Assembly (NCBI GenBank): GCA_964615955.1
Contig: CAZTUG010000003.1
Location: 1,226-65,225 of the forward strand
Length of the DNA stretch: 64,000 nt
Source of the DNA: an uncultured Roseicyclus sp.
GTDB lineage: Bacteria; Pseudomonadota; Alphaproteobacteria; Rhodobacterales; Rhodobacteraceae
Reading direction: 5' to 3'
The position numbers were made by a program, and so were the translations under genes. Below the pieces are notes generated by a model. That model did not search any database. It worked only from the letters and a program-made list of their open reading frames with translations, and had not been told where the DNA came from. Below are positions 44,321-53,640 of the stretch, one piece after another (the stretch's first letter is position 1; the number at the start of each line of letters is the position of its first letter).

Positions 44321-45084
44321 GCGCGGTTCACCTCGAGATCGACGGCGCATTGGCCCGCATCACGGTCGACAATCCGGCCAAACTCAATGCGCTGACGCCC
44401 GAGATGCTGGCGCAGTTGGAGGACGCCTGCGCGACTCTTGAGCGGTCTTCCCTGGTGCGGGCGGTTCTTCTGACTGCAGTCGGCGAGAGGGCGTTTTGCG
44501 CGGGGGCAGATATCGTCGGTTGGGGTGCATTGTCGCCCACCGATTTCGCAAGGCTTTGGGTGCGGGAGGGGCATCGCGTCTACGACCGCTTCGCGCGGCT
44601 GTCACAACCGACCATTGCCGTGATCCACGCCCATGCCTTCGGCGGCGGTCTGGAATTGGTAGCCTGTGCGGATATCCGCGTGATGGCCCCGCAAGCGACG
44701 CTGGCCTTGCCCGAGGCACAGGTGGGCATCGTGCCGGGTTGGGGCGGCAATACGCGGCTCTTGCGGTTGCTGCCCGAGGCAGCGGTGAAGGAAATGGCCC
44801 TGTTCGGGCGGCGCCTGTCGGCAGAGCGCGCGCTGGCGTTGGGCTTCGTGGCCGAGGTTTCGGACAACCCGCTGGCCACCGCGCTGGCGATCGCCAATCA
44901 GGCCATCGCTGCGTCACCCCGCGCCCATGAAGTTGCGAAATATCAGATCCATGCCGCTGTCGGAGAAGACCGCGCGGCGATGATCGAGGCCTTGGGTAGC
45001 GGCATGGTGGGCGCGACCAAAGATCGGGACGAGGGCGTATCGGCCTTCCGTGAAAAACGCTCACCAGACTTCCAGGGAATCTGA
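44317..45084 (+). CDS. enoyl-CoA hydratase/isomerase family protein
   Basis: 255 aa. FCAGADI and HAFGGGLELVACADIRV crotonase motifs. Confidence 0.9.
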   Translation: MSAVHLEIDGALARITVDNPAKLNALTPEMLAQLEDACATLERSSLVRAVLLTAVGERAFCAGADIVGWGALSPTDFARLWVREGHRVYDRFARLSQPTIAVIHAHAFGGGLELVACADIRVMAPQATLALPEAQVGIVPGWGGNTRLLRLLPEAAVKEMALFGRRLSAERALALGFVAEVSDNPLATALAIANQAIAASPRAHEVAKYQIHAAVGEDRAAMIEALGSGMVGATKDRDEGVSAFREKRSPDFQGI

Positions 45085-45087
45085 GAC

Positions 45088-46611
45088 ATGACCGAAATGA
45101 CCATCATCCCCGGAACCGGCGTTGCGCTGCCCGACCCGTTCAGAGCTCGCCACCTGATCGGCGGCGCCTGGCGTGACAGTGCAGACGGTGCGGTGTCGAA
45201 GCGGCACTCGCCTTCCCATGGCGGATTGGTCAGCACCGCGGCGAAGGGCGGCAAGGCAGAGGCGGAAGCGGCCATCGCTGCAGCACGAGCCGCCTTCGAT
45301 GCGGGCGACTGGGCGTTTTCCAGCGGAGCTTCCCGTGCACGCATCCTGTTGCGCGTGGCCGATCTGATAGAAGAACACGTCGACCGCATCGCCCTGTTGG
45401 AGGTGCTGGAATCCGGCAAACCGATTTCACAGGCCAAAGGGGAAATTGCAGGCGCCGCCGATCTCTGGCGCTATGCCGCCAGCCTTGCGCGGATGATCCA
45501 TGGTGACAGTCACAACAGCCTTGGCGCGGACATGCTGGGCGTCGTGTTGAAGGAGCCAATCGGCGTCGTCTCCCTGATCTGCCCATGGAACTTCCCGTTC
45601 CTGATCGTCAGCCAGAAGCTTCCTTTCGCTTTGGCGGCAGGCTGCACGGCGGTGATCAAGCCGTCGGAGCTTACGCCGTCCACAACCTGCATGCTGGGTG
45701 AACTGCTGATCGAGGCGGGCATTCCCGACGGCGTGGTCAACATCGCCCTCGGGTTCGGAGACCCTGTGGGCGAGGTCCTCTCCACCGATGCCCGCGTCGA
45801 CATGGTCAGCTTCACCGGCTCAACCGGGGTGGGCAAACGGATCAGCGCGGCGGCATCCGGGACACTCAAGCGGGTGTCTCTGGAGCTTGGCGGCAAGAAC
45901 CCGCAGGTAATCTTCCCCGATGCCGATCTGGATCAGGCCGCCGATGCAATTGTCTTCGGCGTCTATTTCAACGCGGGGGAGTGCTGCAATTCCGGCAGCC
46001 GGATCATCGTGCACGAAGACGTGGCCGAGGACCTGACCGCGAAGATCGTGGCGCTAAGCCGCCGCGTTCCCTTCGGCGACCCGCTGGACCCGGCCACGCA
46101 GGTCGGCGCAATCATCTCGCCGGAGCATCTGGCGAAGATCGACGGCTATGTGCAGGCCGCCGTGGCCGAAGGCGCGACTCTGGCCATCGGCGGCGCTGCG
46201 TTCGGTGTCGACGGTGTCGGACCGCAATTTTACCAGCCCACGGTCGTCACCAACCTGCGCCCCGACATGCCCATCGCGCGCGACGAGGTGTTCGGGCCGG
46301 TCCTGTCCGTCCTGACCTTCCGCACGCTGGACGAGGCGCTGAGCCTGGCCAACGACGCGGCCTATGGGTTGAGCGCGGGCGTCTGGTCGCGCGACATGTC
46401 CACCTGCCTTGCCTTCGCGCGGCGGGTGCAGGCGGGCACGGTCTGGACCAACACCTGGATGGACGGCTACCCGGAAATGCCCTTCGGCGGCGTCAAGCAA
46501 AGCGGTCAGGGCCGCGAATTGGGCCGCTACGGGCTCGAGGAGTTCCTGGAGGTCAAGACGGTGCAGATGCGCATTGGCGACACGCGTGGCAAATGGGTTG
46601 CTCAGGAATGA
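45088..46611 (+). CDS. aldehyde dehydrogenase family protein
   Basis: 507 aa. PWNFP, ELGGKNP, GECCNSGSR (catalytic Cys) and EVFGPV. Confidence 0.9.
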   Translation: MTEMTIIPGTGVALPDPFRARHLIGGAWRDSADGAVSKRHSPSHGGLVSTAAKGGKAEAEAAIAAARAAFDAGDWAFSSGASRARILLRVADLIEEHVDRIALLEVLESGKPISQAKGEIAGAADLWRYAASLARMIHGDSHNSLGADMLGVVLKEPIGVVSLICPWNFPFLIVSQKLPFALAAGCTAVIKPSELTPSTTCMLGELLIEAGIPDGVVNIALGFGDPVGEVLSTDARVDMVSFTGSTGVGKRISAAASGTLKRVSLELGGKNPQVIFPDADLDQAADAIVFGVYFNAGECCNSGSRIIVHEDVAEDLTAKIVALSRRVPFGDPLDPATQVGAIISPEHLAKIDGYVQAAVAEGATLAIGGAAFGVDGVGPQFYQPTVVTNLRPDMPIARDEVFGPVLSVLTFRTLDEALSLANDAAYGLSAGVWSRDMSTCLAFARRVQAGTVWTNTWMDGYPEMPFGGVKQSGQGRELGRYGLEEFLEVKTVQMRIGDTRGKWVAQE

Positions 46612-47648
46612 TGGAGGCGGTCGAAATTCGGCAGCAGCAAATGGGTCAACCCTTCCGGTGCCTCGCCTTTCATGCGCCGCAAGAGCGTCGTGGCCATCAG
46701 GTTGCCTGTCTGGCGGAGGTCCTCGAACACCGTGTCGATTCGGGGCCGGATATTGTCGAATATCGGCGAGGCGCGCTTGGCGAAGACATCCGCATCGCGT
46801 CCCATCACGTCACCGCTATCGGACAGTGCGGACAGCGTCACAAGCGCCGTCACCTCGCCCACGCAGACATATCCATCGGGCGGGGAAGCCGAGGCTCGGC
46901 TTTTGCGCAGGACTTGGGCGATAGAGGCCGCGGGACTGTCCAGCGTTACTCCGCTGACGATCTCGAAATCCACCCCGGCTTCGCGCGCCGCGCTGACGAA
47001 GCCGTATCGCAGGTGCTGGGTGAAGGTGAAGCGATCCCCGGGCAGGATCAGGGAGAGGCGCTTTCGGCCTTTGGCGACAAGACGCTGAACGGCGGCGCGC
47101 GCGAAGGCCTCGTTGTCGAAGTCGACCCAGGGGTGCGGCGTGGTGAATTCGGTGCGGCCATGGCTGACAAAGGGAAAACCGGCCTCCAACAGCAGGCGCG
47201 CGCGGGGATCGAAAGCCTCGGTTCGGGTGAAGAGGATGCCGTCGGCCAGCTGGTTGCGCAGGATATTTCGCACGGGTTGCAACCGATCTTCGCCCACATG
47301 ATCGGGCACAACGTTGACGGAATACCCTGTGCCGCGCAGGGCCTCCGTGATGCCGGACAGAAACTCGTGGGTGAAGCCGAGAAACTCGTGCTCGGTGTTG
47401 AGCAGCAGGGTCACCACTTGCGTACGGCCGGTGCGCAGGCGGCGTGCGGCACGGTCGGGCACGTAACCTGCGGCGGCGGCGGCCTCGGCCACGGTCGCGC
47501 GGGTCTTCACGGCGATCTGCGGATCGTCCGCAAGTGCCCGGCTGACCGTCGCGACCGAAAATCCCGTCAGTTCCGCAAGGCTGCGCAGGGTCGGTTTCTC
47601 GCCGGTTGGAGAGGGTGCGGCATCACTGGTGTCGCGGCTCGAGGCCAT
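46602..47648 (-). CDS. LacI family transcriptional regulator
   Basis: ATG at 47648. HTH LRSLAELTGFSVATVSRALADDPQIAVKTRATV plus a periplasmic-binding-fold C-terminus. Convergent 10-nt overlap with the ALDH gene. Confidence 0.9.
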   Translation of the reverse strand: MASSRDTSDAAPSPTGEKPTLRSLAELTGFSVATVSRALADDPQIAVKTRATVAEAAAAAGYVPDRAARRLRTGRTQVVTLLLNTEHEFLGFTHEFLSGITEALRGTGYSVNVVPDHVGEDRLQPVRNILRNQLADGILFTRTEAFDPRARLLLEAGFPFVSHGRTEFTTPHPWVDFDNEAFARAAVQRLVAKGRKRLSLILPGDRFTFTQHLRYGFVSAAREAGVDFEIVSGVTLDSPAASIAQVLRKSRASASPPDGYVCVGEVTALVTLSALSDSGDVMGRDADVFAKRASPIFDNIRPRIDTVFEDLRQTGNLMATTLLRRMKGEAPEGLTHLLLPNFDRLHHS

Positions 47649-47690
47649 GGGTCGCCCTTCAGGTTCTATGCCAGCTATATTGCCCGGCAT

Positions 47691-47704
47691 TTGAAACGTT
47701 ACAA
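47691..47704. promoter_or_regulatory. LacI-type operator candidate TTGAAACGTTACAA
   Basis: 12/14 palindromic around a central CG. Lies in the AT-rich LacI/SBP divergent region. A second weaker site, TATAACGTTTTA, is at 47823-47834, and an inverted repeat CAGAAT-N3-ATTCTG is at 47739-47753. Confidence 0.35.
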
Positions 47705-47880
47705 TAGGCTGATTTCTCTGCGAAGATTCTCTGCGCTGCAGAATAATATTCTGATTGTAGGCAGTTCTGAAGAAAGATACCTGGTTTTGCAAAAGCACTT
47801 TCTGGTTGACTTCGACCAGATTTATAACGTTTTAATTTCGTCAGTCCCGGTAAGGGATACGGTCATAAGGGAGGACTACA

Positions 47881-49131
47881 ATGACCAAGTTCACTAAATT
47901 CTACATGGGCGCCGCGATCATGGCGCTGTCGACCGGCGTGGCCGCAGCCCAGGAGGTTGAGGTTCTGCACTGGTGGACCTCTGGCGGTGAAGCGGCCGCG
48001 CTGAACGTCCTGCGCGAAGACTTGGCCGGTGGCGGCATCGGCTGGACCGACATGCCGGTTGCCGGCGGCGGTGGCTCTGACGCCATGACCGTTCTGCGTG
48101 CCCGTGTGACCGCAGGCGATCCTCCGACTGCGGTGCAGATGCTGGGTTTCGCGATCCAGGATTGGGCAGCCGAGGGTGCGCTGGCAAACCTCGACGCTTT
48201 GGCCGCCGAGCAGGGTTGGGCCGACGTCGTTCCCGCCGCTCTTCAGGCATTCTCCACCTATGATGGCCATTGGGTCGCGGCTCCGGTCAATGTTCACTCG
48301 ACCAATTGGGTCTGGGCAAATACAGCCCTGATGGAAGAGCTTGGCATCAGCCAGCCGACCACGTGGGAAGAGTTCGTGGCAGCGATGCAGGCCGCACAAG
48401 ATGCAGGCTACACCGCCTTGGCCCATGGTGGTCAGGCATGGCAGGACGCGACCATCTTCGATTCGATGGTGATGGGCGTGGGTGGCCCCGAGTTCTACCA
48501 GGCGGCCTTCATCGACCTCGATCCCGAGGCGCTTGGCGGTGCACAGATGGTCGAAGCCTTCGATCGGATGGCGACGCTGCGTGGATTCGTGGACGACAAC
48601 TTCTCGGGTCGTGACTGGAACCTTGCCTCGGCCATGGTGATCAACGGCGAAGCGCTGTTCCAGATCATGGGTGACTGGGCGAAGGGCGAATTCGTCAATG
48701 CCGGTCAGACTGCGGGCGAGGAGTTCCAGTGCTTCCGTGTTCCCGGCACCGAAGGCACGGTGATGTTCAACTCGGACCAGTTCGCGATGTTCAACGTGGC
48801 TGATCCGGTGGCGCAGGAATCGCAGCTGACCATGGCTTCGGCCGTGTTGAGCCCCGAATTCCAGATTGCGTTCAACGTGGTCAAGGGGTCCGTTCCCGCG
48901 CGGACCGACATCGACCCCTCGTCGTTCGATGCCTGCGGTCAGCTTGGCATGGCGCAACTGGCGGAAGCCGGTGCCAATGGCGGACTCTTCGGCTCCATGG
49001 CCCATGGCCACGCCAACCCGCCGTCGGTGCAGAACGCGATGTATGACGTGATCACCGCCCACTTCAATGGTGAGTATGACAGCGAGACTGCAGCGGCCGA
49101 AATGGTCACCGCCGTCGAACTGGCGCAGTAA
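47881..49131 (+). CDS. ABC transporter substrate-binding protein (glucose/mannose GtsA-like, HWWTSGGE type)
   Basis: 416 aa with RBS GGGAGGA. Signal peptide, then [16 protein letters not shown] and [10 protein letters not shown] motifs. Confidence 0.85.
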   Translation: MTKFTKFYMGAAIMALSTGVAAAQEVEVLHWWTSGGEAAALNVLREDLAGGGIGWTDMPVAGGGGSDAMTVLRARVTAGDPPTAVQMLGFAIQDWAAEGALANLDALAAEQGWADVVPAALQAFSTYDGHWVAAPVNVHSTNWVWANTALMEELGISQPTTWEEFVAAMQAAQDAGYTALAHGGQAWQDATIFDSMVMGVGGPEFYQAAFIDLDPEALGGAQMVEAFDRMATLRGFVDDNFSGRDWNLASAMVINGEALFQIMGDWAKGEFVNAGQTAGEEFQCFRVPGTEGTVMFNSDQFAMFNVADPVAQESQLTMASAVLSPEFQIAFNVVKGSVPARTDIDPSSFDACGQLGMAQLAEAGANGGLFGSMAHGHANPPSVQNAMYDVITAHFNGEYDSETAAAEMVTAVELAQ

Positions 49132-49229
49132 GCGCGTCCTTCCCCGGTCCGGTTCCGCCAATCACGCGGGGCCGGACCATCTTGCAGCGCTGATCTGCAA
49201 GTCATTCACCCGAGTGAAGGAGAGGCCCC

Positions 49230-50138
49230 ATGGCCGCAACCGATCCCATGTTGTCGGACGGAGTGGATTTCCGCACCCGTTTGCAGAATTGGCTTCCCAA
49301 GATCGTCCTCGCGCCATCCTTCGCGATCATGGTGATCTTCGTCTACGGCTTCATCGCCTTCACTGTTTTCCTCAGCTTCACCGACAGCCGGATGCTGCCG
49401 TCCTTCAACCTGGTCGGCCTGCAGAATTACGACCGCCTGTTCCGCATCCGGGAATGGGATACGGCCGTCACCAATCTTGCGATCTTCGCGTCGCTCTACA
49501 TCGTGATCTGCACGTTGATCGGGCTGATGCTGGCGATCTTGCTGGACCAGAAGATCCGGGGCGAAGGGCTGCTGCGCCCGATCTTCCTGTATCCCATGGC
49601 GCTGTCGTTCATCGTGACGGGCACAGCGTGGAAATGGTTCCTCGATCCTGCCATCGGGCTCGAGAACACGATGCATCTCTGGGGGTGGGAGAGCTTTGAG
49701 TTCGACTGGATCAAAGACAGCGAAATGGCCATCTATACAATCGTCATCGCCGCGGTCTGGCAGTCCTCGGGCTTTGTCATGGCGATGTTCCTTGCGGGCC
49801 TGCGCGGGATCGACAACGAGATCCTGAAAGCCGCCCAGATGGATGGCGCGTCCAACTTCCAGCTCTATCGCCGGATCATCCTGCCGCAGCTGCGCCCCGC
49901 GTTTCTGAGCGCATTCGTGATCCTGAGCCACCTTGCGATCAAGTCCTATGACCTTGTGATCGCGCTGACTGGCGGGGGGCCGGGCAACGCCACAGCTTTG
50001 CCTGCGACGTTCATGTATTCCTACACCTTCACGCGCAACCAGATGGGCATCGGCGCATCTTCGGCCGTCATCATGCTGATGACCATCGCCGCGATCATGG
50101 TGCCGTATCTCTACGCCGAATTGCGGGAGCGCAAGTAA
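49230..50138 (+). CDS. carbohydrate ABC transporter permease
   Basis: 302 aa. EAA motif KAAQMDGASNFQLYRRIILPQLRP. Confidence 0.9.
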   Translation: MAATDPMLSDGVDFRTRLQNWLPKIVLAPSFAIMVIFVYGFIAFTVFLSFTDSRMLPSFNLVGLQNYDRLFRIREWDTAVTNLAIFASLYIVICTLIGLMLAILLDQKIRGEGLLRPIFLYPMALSFIVTGTAWKWFLDPAIGLENTMHLWGWESFEFDWIKDSEMAIYTIVIAAVWQSSGFVMAMFLAGLRGIDNEILKAAQMDGASNFQLYRRIILPQLRPAFLSAFVILSHLAIKSYDLVIALTGGGPGNATALPATFMYSYTFTRNQMGIGASSAVIMLMTIAAIMVPYLYAELRERK

Positions 50139-51019
50139 TGGCCTTGGCATCCTCCGACAACGCCGTTCGTTCATCCAACGTGGCACGGTTCTTCATCTAC
50201 CTCGTGCTTATCCTTTTCGCGCTGTTCTACCTGCTGCCCTTCGGGATCATGCTGGTGAACTCCCTCAAGCCGTTGGAGGAAATCACCGGCGGCAATATGA
50301 TCGCCCTGCCGCGCGAATGGACCATCGCGCCATGGCTTTCGGCTTGGTCGACGGCCCAGATCGGGGTGCAACCCACCGGACTGCGCCCCTATTTCATCAA
50401 CTCCATCGCCATGGCGGTGCCGGCCGTCGCAATCTCCACCATCGCCGGAGCGCTGAACGGCTACGTCCTGACGAAATGGCATTTCAAGGGCGCAACCTGG
50501 ATCTTCGGATTGCTCCTGTTCTCGTGCTTCATCCCCTTCCAGATCGTCCTGATCCCAATGGCGCGAATCCTGGGGCTTCTCAACATCTCCGGCACGACCT
50601 ATGGCCTGATCCTCGTTCATGTCGTCTATGGAATAGGCTTCTCCACCCTCTATTTCCGCAACTACTATGCCGCGTTCCCGACTGAATTGGTGCGCGCGGC
50701 GATGATCGACGGGGCGGGCTTCTTCCAGATCTTCTGGCGGATCATGTTGCCGTCGTCTGGCCCGATCATTGCTGTCTGCTGCATCTGGCAGTTCACCAAT
50801 ATCTGGAACGACTTCCTGTTCGGCGCGTCATTTGCATCGGGCGGATCGGCGCCGATGACGGTCGCGCTAAACAATCTCGTCAACTCCTCCACGGGGGTGC
50901 GTGAATACAACGTCCACTTTGCGGGTGCCATCATGGCCGCCGCGCCCACTCTCCTCGTCTACATCGTGGCCGGTCGATACTTCGTCCGCGGCCTGATGGC
51001 CGGCAGCGTGAAAGGCTAA
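50138..51019 (+). CDS. carbohydrate ABC transporter permease
   Basis: 293 aa. EAA motif RAAMIDGAGFFQIFWRIMLPSSGP. Confidence 0.9.
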   Translation: MALASSDNAVRSSNVARFFIYLVLILFALFYLLPFGIMLVNSLKPLEEITGGNMIALPREWTIAPWLSAWSTAQIGVQPTGLRPYFINSIAMAVPAVAISTIAGALNGYVLTKWHFKGATWIFGLLLFSCFIPFQIVLIPMARILGLLNISGTTYGLILVHVVYGIGFSTLYFRNYYAAFPTELVRAAMIDGAGFFQIFWRIMLPSSGPIIAVCCIWQFTNIWNDFLFGASFASGGSAPMTVALNNLVNSSTGVREYNVHFAGAIMAAAPTLLVYIVAGRYFVRGLMAGSVKG

Positions 51020-51022
51020 CCC

Positions 51023-52138
51023 ATGGGTTTTCTCGACATCAACAACGTCACCAAATCGTATGGCGCGATGGAGGTCCTGCACAAAGTGGACATCCAGGTG
51101 CAGGAGGGGGAGTTCCTGGTTCTTGTCGGTCCGTCCGGCTGCGGCAAGTCCACGCTGCTGAACATGATCGCGGGGCTGGAAGGTATTTCGAGCGGAGAAA
51201 TCGCGATCAAGGATCGCGTCGTCAACAACGTTGCGCCGTCCAAGCGCAACATCGCGATGGTGTTCCAGTCCTATGCGCTTTACCCCAACATGACCGTTGG
51301 CAAGAACATCACCTTCGGGCTGGAGATGCAGGGCACCCCGAAGTCCGAACGTGACGCCGCCATGGCAGATGTGGCAAAGCTGCTGCAGATCGAGAACCTG
51401 CTGGACCGCAAGCCGGGGCAACTGTCCGGCGGCCAGCGGCAGCGCGTCGCCATGGGCCGTGCGCTGGTGCGCAACCCCGATGTGTTCCTGTTCGATGAGC
51501 CGCTGTCGAACCTCGACGCCAAGCTGCGTGTCGACATGCGGACCGAGATCAAGAAACTGCACCAGAAACTTGGCACCACCATTGTCTACGTCACCCATGA
51601 CCAGATCGAGGCGATGACGCTCAGCACCCGGATCGCGGTGATGTATGACGGCTACGTCCAGCAACTTGGCACCCCGAAAGAGATCTACGACAACCCTGCC
51701 AACCTATTTGTGGCGACCTTCATGGGGTCTCCGGCAATGAACGTGCTGAATGCGCAACTGGTCGAGATGAACGGCGCGCTCCATGCGAGGATCGCAGGAT
51801 CGGAGGGGCAGCAGGTGAACCTTCGTATCGAGAACGCGCCCGAGGCATACCGCGCCTATGTCGACCGTGAGGTGATGTTCGGGGTGCGCCCCGAGGCGAT
51901 CACCGATCCAGAAGGGGCCGACCGCAATGCGCGCAACATCCAGGCGATGACCAACACGGTCAGCGTGACTGAACCGGCAGGAGCGGATACCTTCGTGTCC
52001 ACGACCCTGTCGGGGAGGGACTGCATTGCACGGATGCGGGCGGATGCCGATGTCCACGCTGGCCAGCCCTTCGAATTCGCGGTCAACATGGACAAGGCCG
52101 TGCTGTTCGACCCAAAGACGGAAGACCGAATCGCCTGA
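51023..52138 (+). CDS. ABC transporter ATP-binding protein (MalK/UgpC type)
   Basis: 371 aa. [23 protein letters not shown] and FDEPLSNLD. Confidence 0.9.
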   Translation: MGFLDINNVTKSYGAMEVLHKVDIQVQEGEFLVLVGPSGCGKSTLLNMIAGLEGISSGEIAIKDRVVNNVAPSKRNIAMVFQSYALYPNMTVGKNITFGLEMQGTPKSERDAAMADVAKLLQIENLLDRKPGQLSGGQRQRVAMGRALVRNPDVFLFDEPLSNLDAKLRVDMRTEIKKLHQKLGTTIVYVTHDQIEAMTLSTRIAVMYDGYVQQLGTPKEIYDNPANLFVATFMGSPAMNVLNAQLVEMNGALHARIAGSEGQQVNLRIENAPEAYRAYVDREVMFGVRPEAITDPEGADRNARNIQAMTNTVSVTEPAGADTFVSTTLSGRDCIARMRADADVHAGQPFEFAVNMDKAVLFDPKTEDRIA

Positions 52139-52154
52139 TCCGTTTCGCGGCGGT

Positions 52155-52180
52155 GGCAACGCCGTTGACCTTGTTTTTTT
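52155..52180 (+). terminator. candidate intrinsic terminator after the ATPase gene
   Basis: GGCAAC-gcc-GTTG(A)CC stem (one bulge), directly followed by TTGTTTTTTT. Confidence 0.4.
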
Positions 52181-52190
52181 CGCCGAATTG

Positions 52191-52204
52191 TTGGAACGTT
52201 CCAA
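52191..52204. promoter_or_regulatory. LacI-type operator, perfect 14-bp palindrome TTGGAACGTTCCAA
   Basis: Located 66 nt upstream of the second SBP gene. Related copies are at 41722 and 53609. Confidence 0.5.
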
Positions 52205-52269
52205 TCACTGTTTTCAACAAGATGCACCCGAAATCGGGCCCGCATGACTTCTCGGGAGGATCAAGAATC

Positions 52270-53538
52270 ATGACTATTTTCCAGACACGCCTCACAGGGT
52301 TGACGCTCAGCCTTGCCGCAGGCCTTGCTGCAGGCAGCGCCACCGCCGATCCCTCGGTCGAGGTGATGCATTTCTGGACCTCGGGCGGGGAGGCGGCAGC
52401 GCTTGCGGCCGTTCGGGATGCCGTCGTCGCCCAAAGGGTCACCTGGGATGATGCCCCGGTTGCGGGCGGCGGTGGCGACGCCGCACGAACGGTGCTGCAG
52501 GCCCGCATCGCGGCCGGCGATCCGCCGACGGCGATGCTTCTTCTGGGGCAAAACATCCTGGATTGGTCGCAAGAGGGCATGTTGGGCAATGTTGACGACC
52601 TTGCAGCGCAGCAAGGATGGTCACAGGTGCTGCCGAACGCGGTGCGCGCCTATACGGAGATTGACGGCCATTACGTTTCGGCGCCCACCAACGTTCACCG
52701 CACGGACATGATCTGGGCCAGCCGCGCCGCGTTCGAGGCGATCGGAGCAGAGGTGCCCACCACCTGGGAGGCATTCAACGCGCTTGTGCCACAATTCATT
52801 GACGCCGGAATCGTGCCCTTGGCCCATGGGGGGCAAGCCTGGCAGGAGGCCTACATGTTCGAAGCCGTGGCGCTTGGCCTTGGCGGGTCGGATTTCTACC
52901 GACAGGCGCTGGTCGAACTGGACCCCGAGGCCCTGACATCCGCGACCATGGTCGAGATCTTCACACAACTCGCCCTGATCCGTGACACCATGATCGACGA
53001 CAATGCCTCGGGTCGCGATTGGAACCTTGCGACCGCCATGGTCATCAACGGCGAAGCCGCGATGCAGATCATGGGCGATTGGGCAAAGGGAGAATTCACC
53101 AATGCCGGTCAGGTCGCGGGCGAGAATTTCCTGTGTTTTCCCGTGCCTCGGTCGCAAGAAACCGGCTTCATCTTCCTGGTCAATTCTCTGACGTTCTTCG
53201 AACAATCCGACCCGGACATGATGGCCGGGCAGGCGGCCCTTGCCTCGGCGATCATGTCGCCCGAGGTGCAGATTGCGTTCAATATCGCCAAGGGGTCCAT
53301 TCCCGCCCGCAATGACATCGACCTATCCAGCTTGGATGCATGCGCGCAGGCCTCGGCGGCGGATTTCGCGGCGGCCGACGCGGCCGGAACGGCAGTGCCT
53401 ACTTTCGCCGGCTCACATGCGGCCGCAGCAGCGGTCGTCGGCGGCGCCACCGACGCGATCACCGAGTTCTTCAACTCGGACATGAGCCCCGAAGATGGGG
53501 TAACTCTTTTGTCCGAGGCGGTGTTGCTGAACCAATAG
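52270..53538 (+). CDS. second ABC substrate-binding protein, paralogue of 47881-49131
   Basis: ATG at 52270, after GGGAGGA. Signal MTIFQTRLTGLTLSLAAGLAAGSATA, then [16 protein letters not shown] and [10 protein letters not shown]. Roughly half the positions are identical to SBP1 by eye. Confidence 0.85.
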   Translation: MTIFQTRLTGLTLSLAAGLAAGSATADPSVEVMHFWTSGGEAAALAAVRDAVVAQRVTWDDAPVAGGGGDAARTVLQARIAAGDPPTAMLLLGQNILDWSQEGMLGNVDDLAAQQGWSQVLPNAVRAYTEIDGHYVSAPTNVHRTDMIWASRAAFEAIGAEVPTTWEAFNALVPQFIDAGIVPLAHGGQAWQEAYMFEAVALGLGGSDFYRQALVELDPEALTSATMVEIFTQLALIRDTMIDDNASGRDWNLATAMVINGEAAMQIMGDWAKGEFTNAGQVAGENFLCFPVPRSQETGFIFLVNSLTFFEQSDPDMMAGQAALASAIMSPEVQIAFNIAKGSIPARNDIDLSSLDACAQASAADFAAADAAGTAVPTFAGSHAAAAAVVGGATDAITEFFNSDMSPEDGVTLLSEAVLLNQ

Positions 53539-53608
53539 AAAGACCAGCACCAGTCCCGGGCATGGCCCCGGGGCTGGACGGTGTTGAACGTTGATTTTCC
53601 GCTTGGAA

Positions 53609-53622
53609 TTGGAACGATCCAA
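53609..53622. promoter_or_regulatory. LacI-type operator candidate TTGGAACGATCCAA
   Basis: 13/14 match to the 52191 palindrome. Lies 19 nt upstream of the GMC oxidoreductase start. A strong 11-bp hairpin (53550-53577) precedes it. Confidence 0.45.
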
Positions 53623-53640
53623 ACCTAAACAGGCGGGATA

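Noticed and set aside
45981-47897. 638-aa plus-strand ORF
   Set aside because: It overlaps the ALDH gene in another frame and is antisense to the LacI gene. Neither part shows protein-like motifs.
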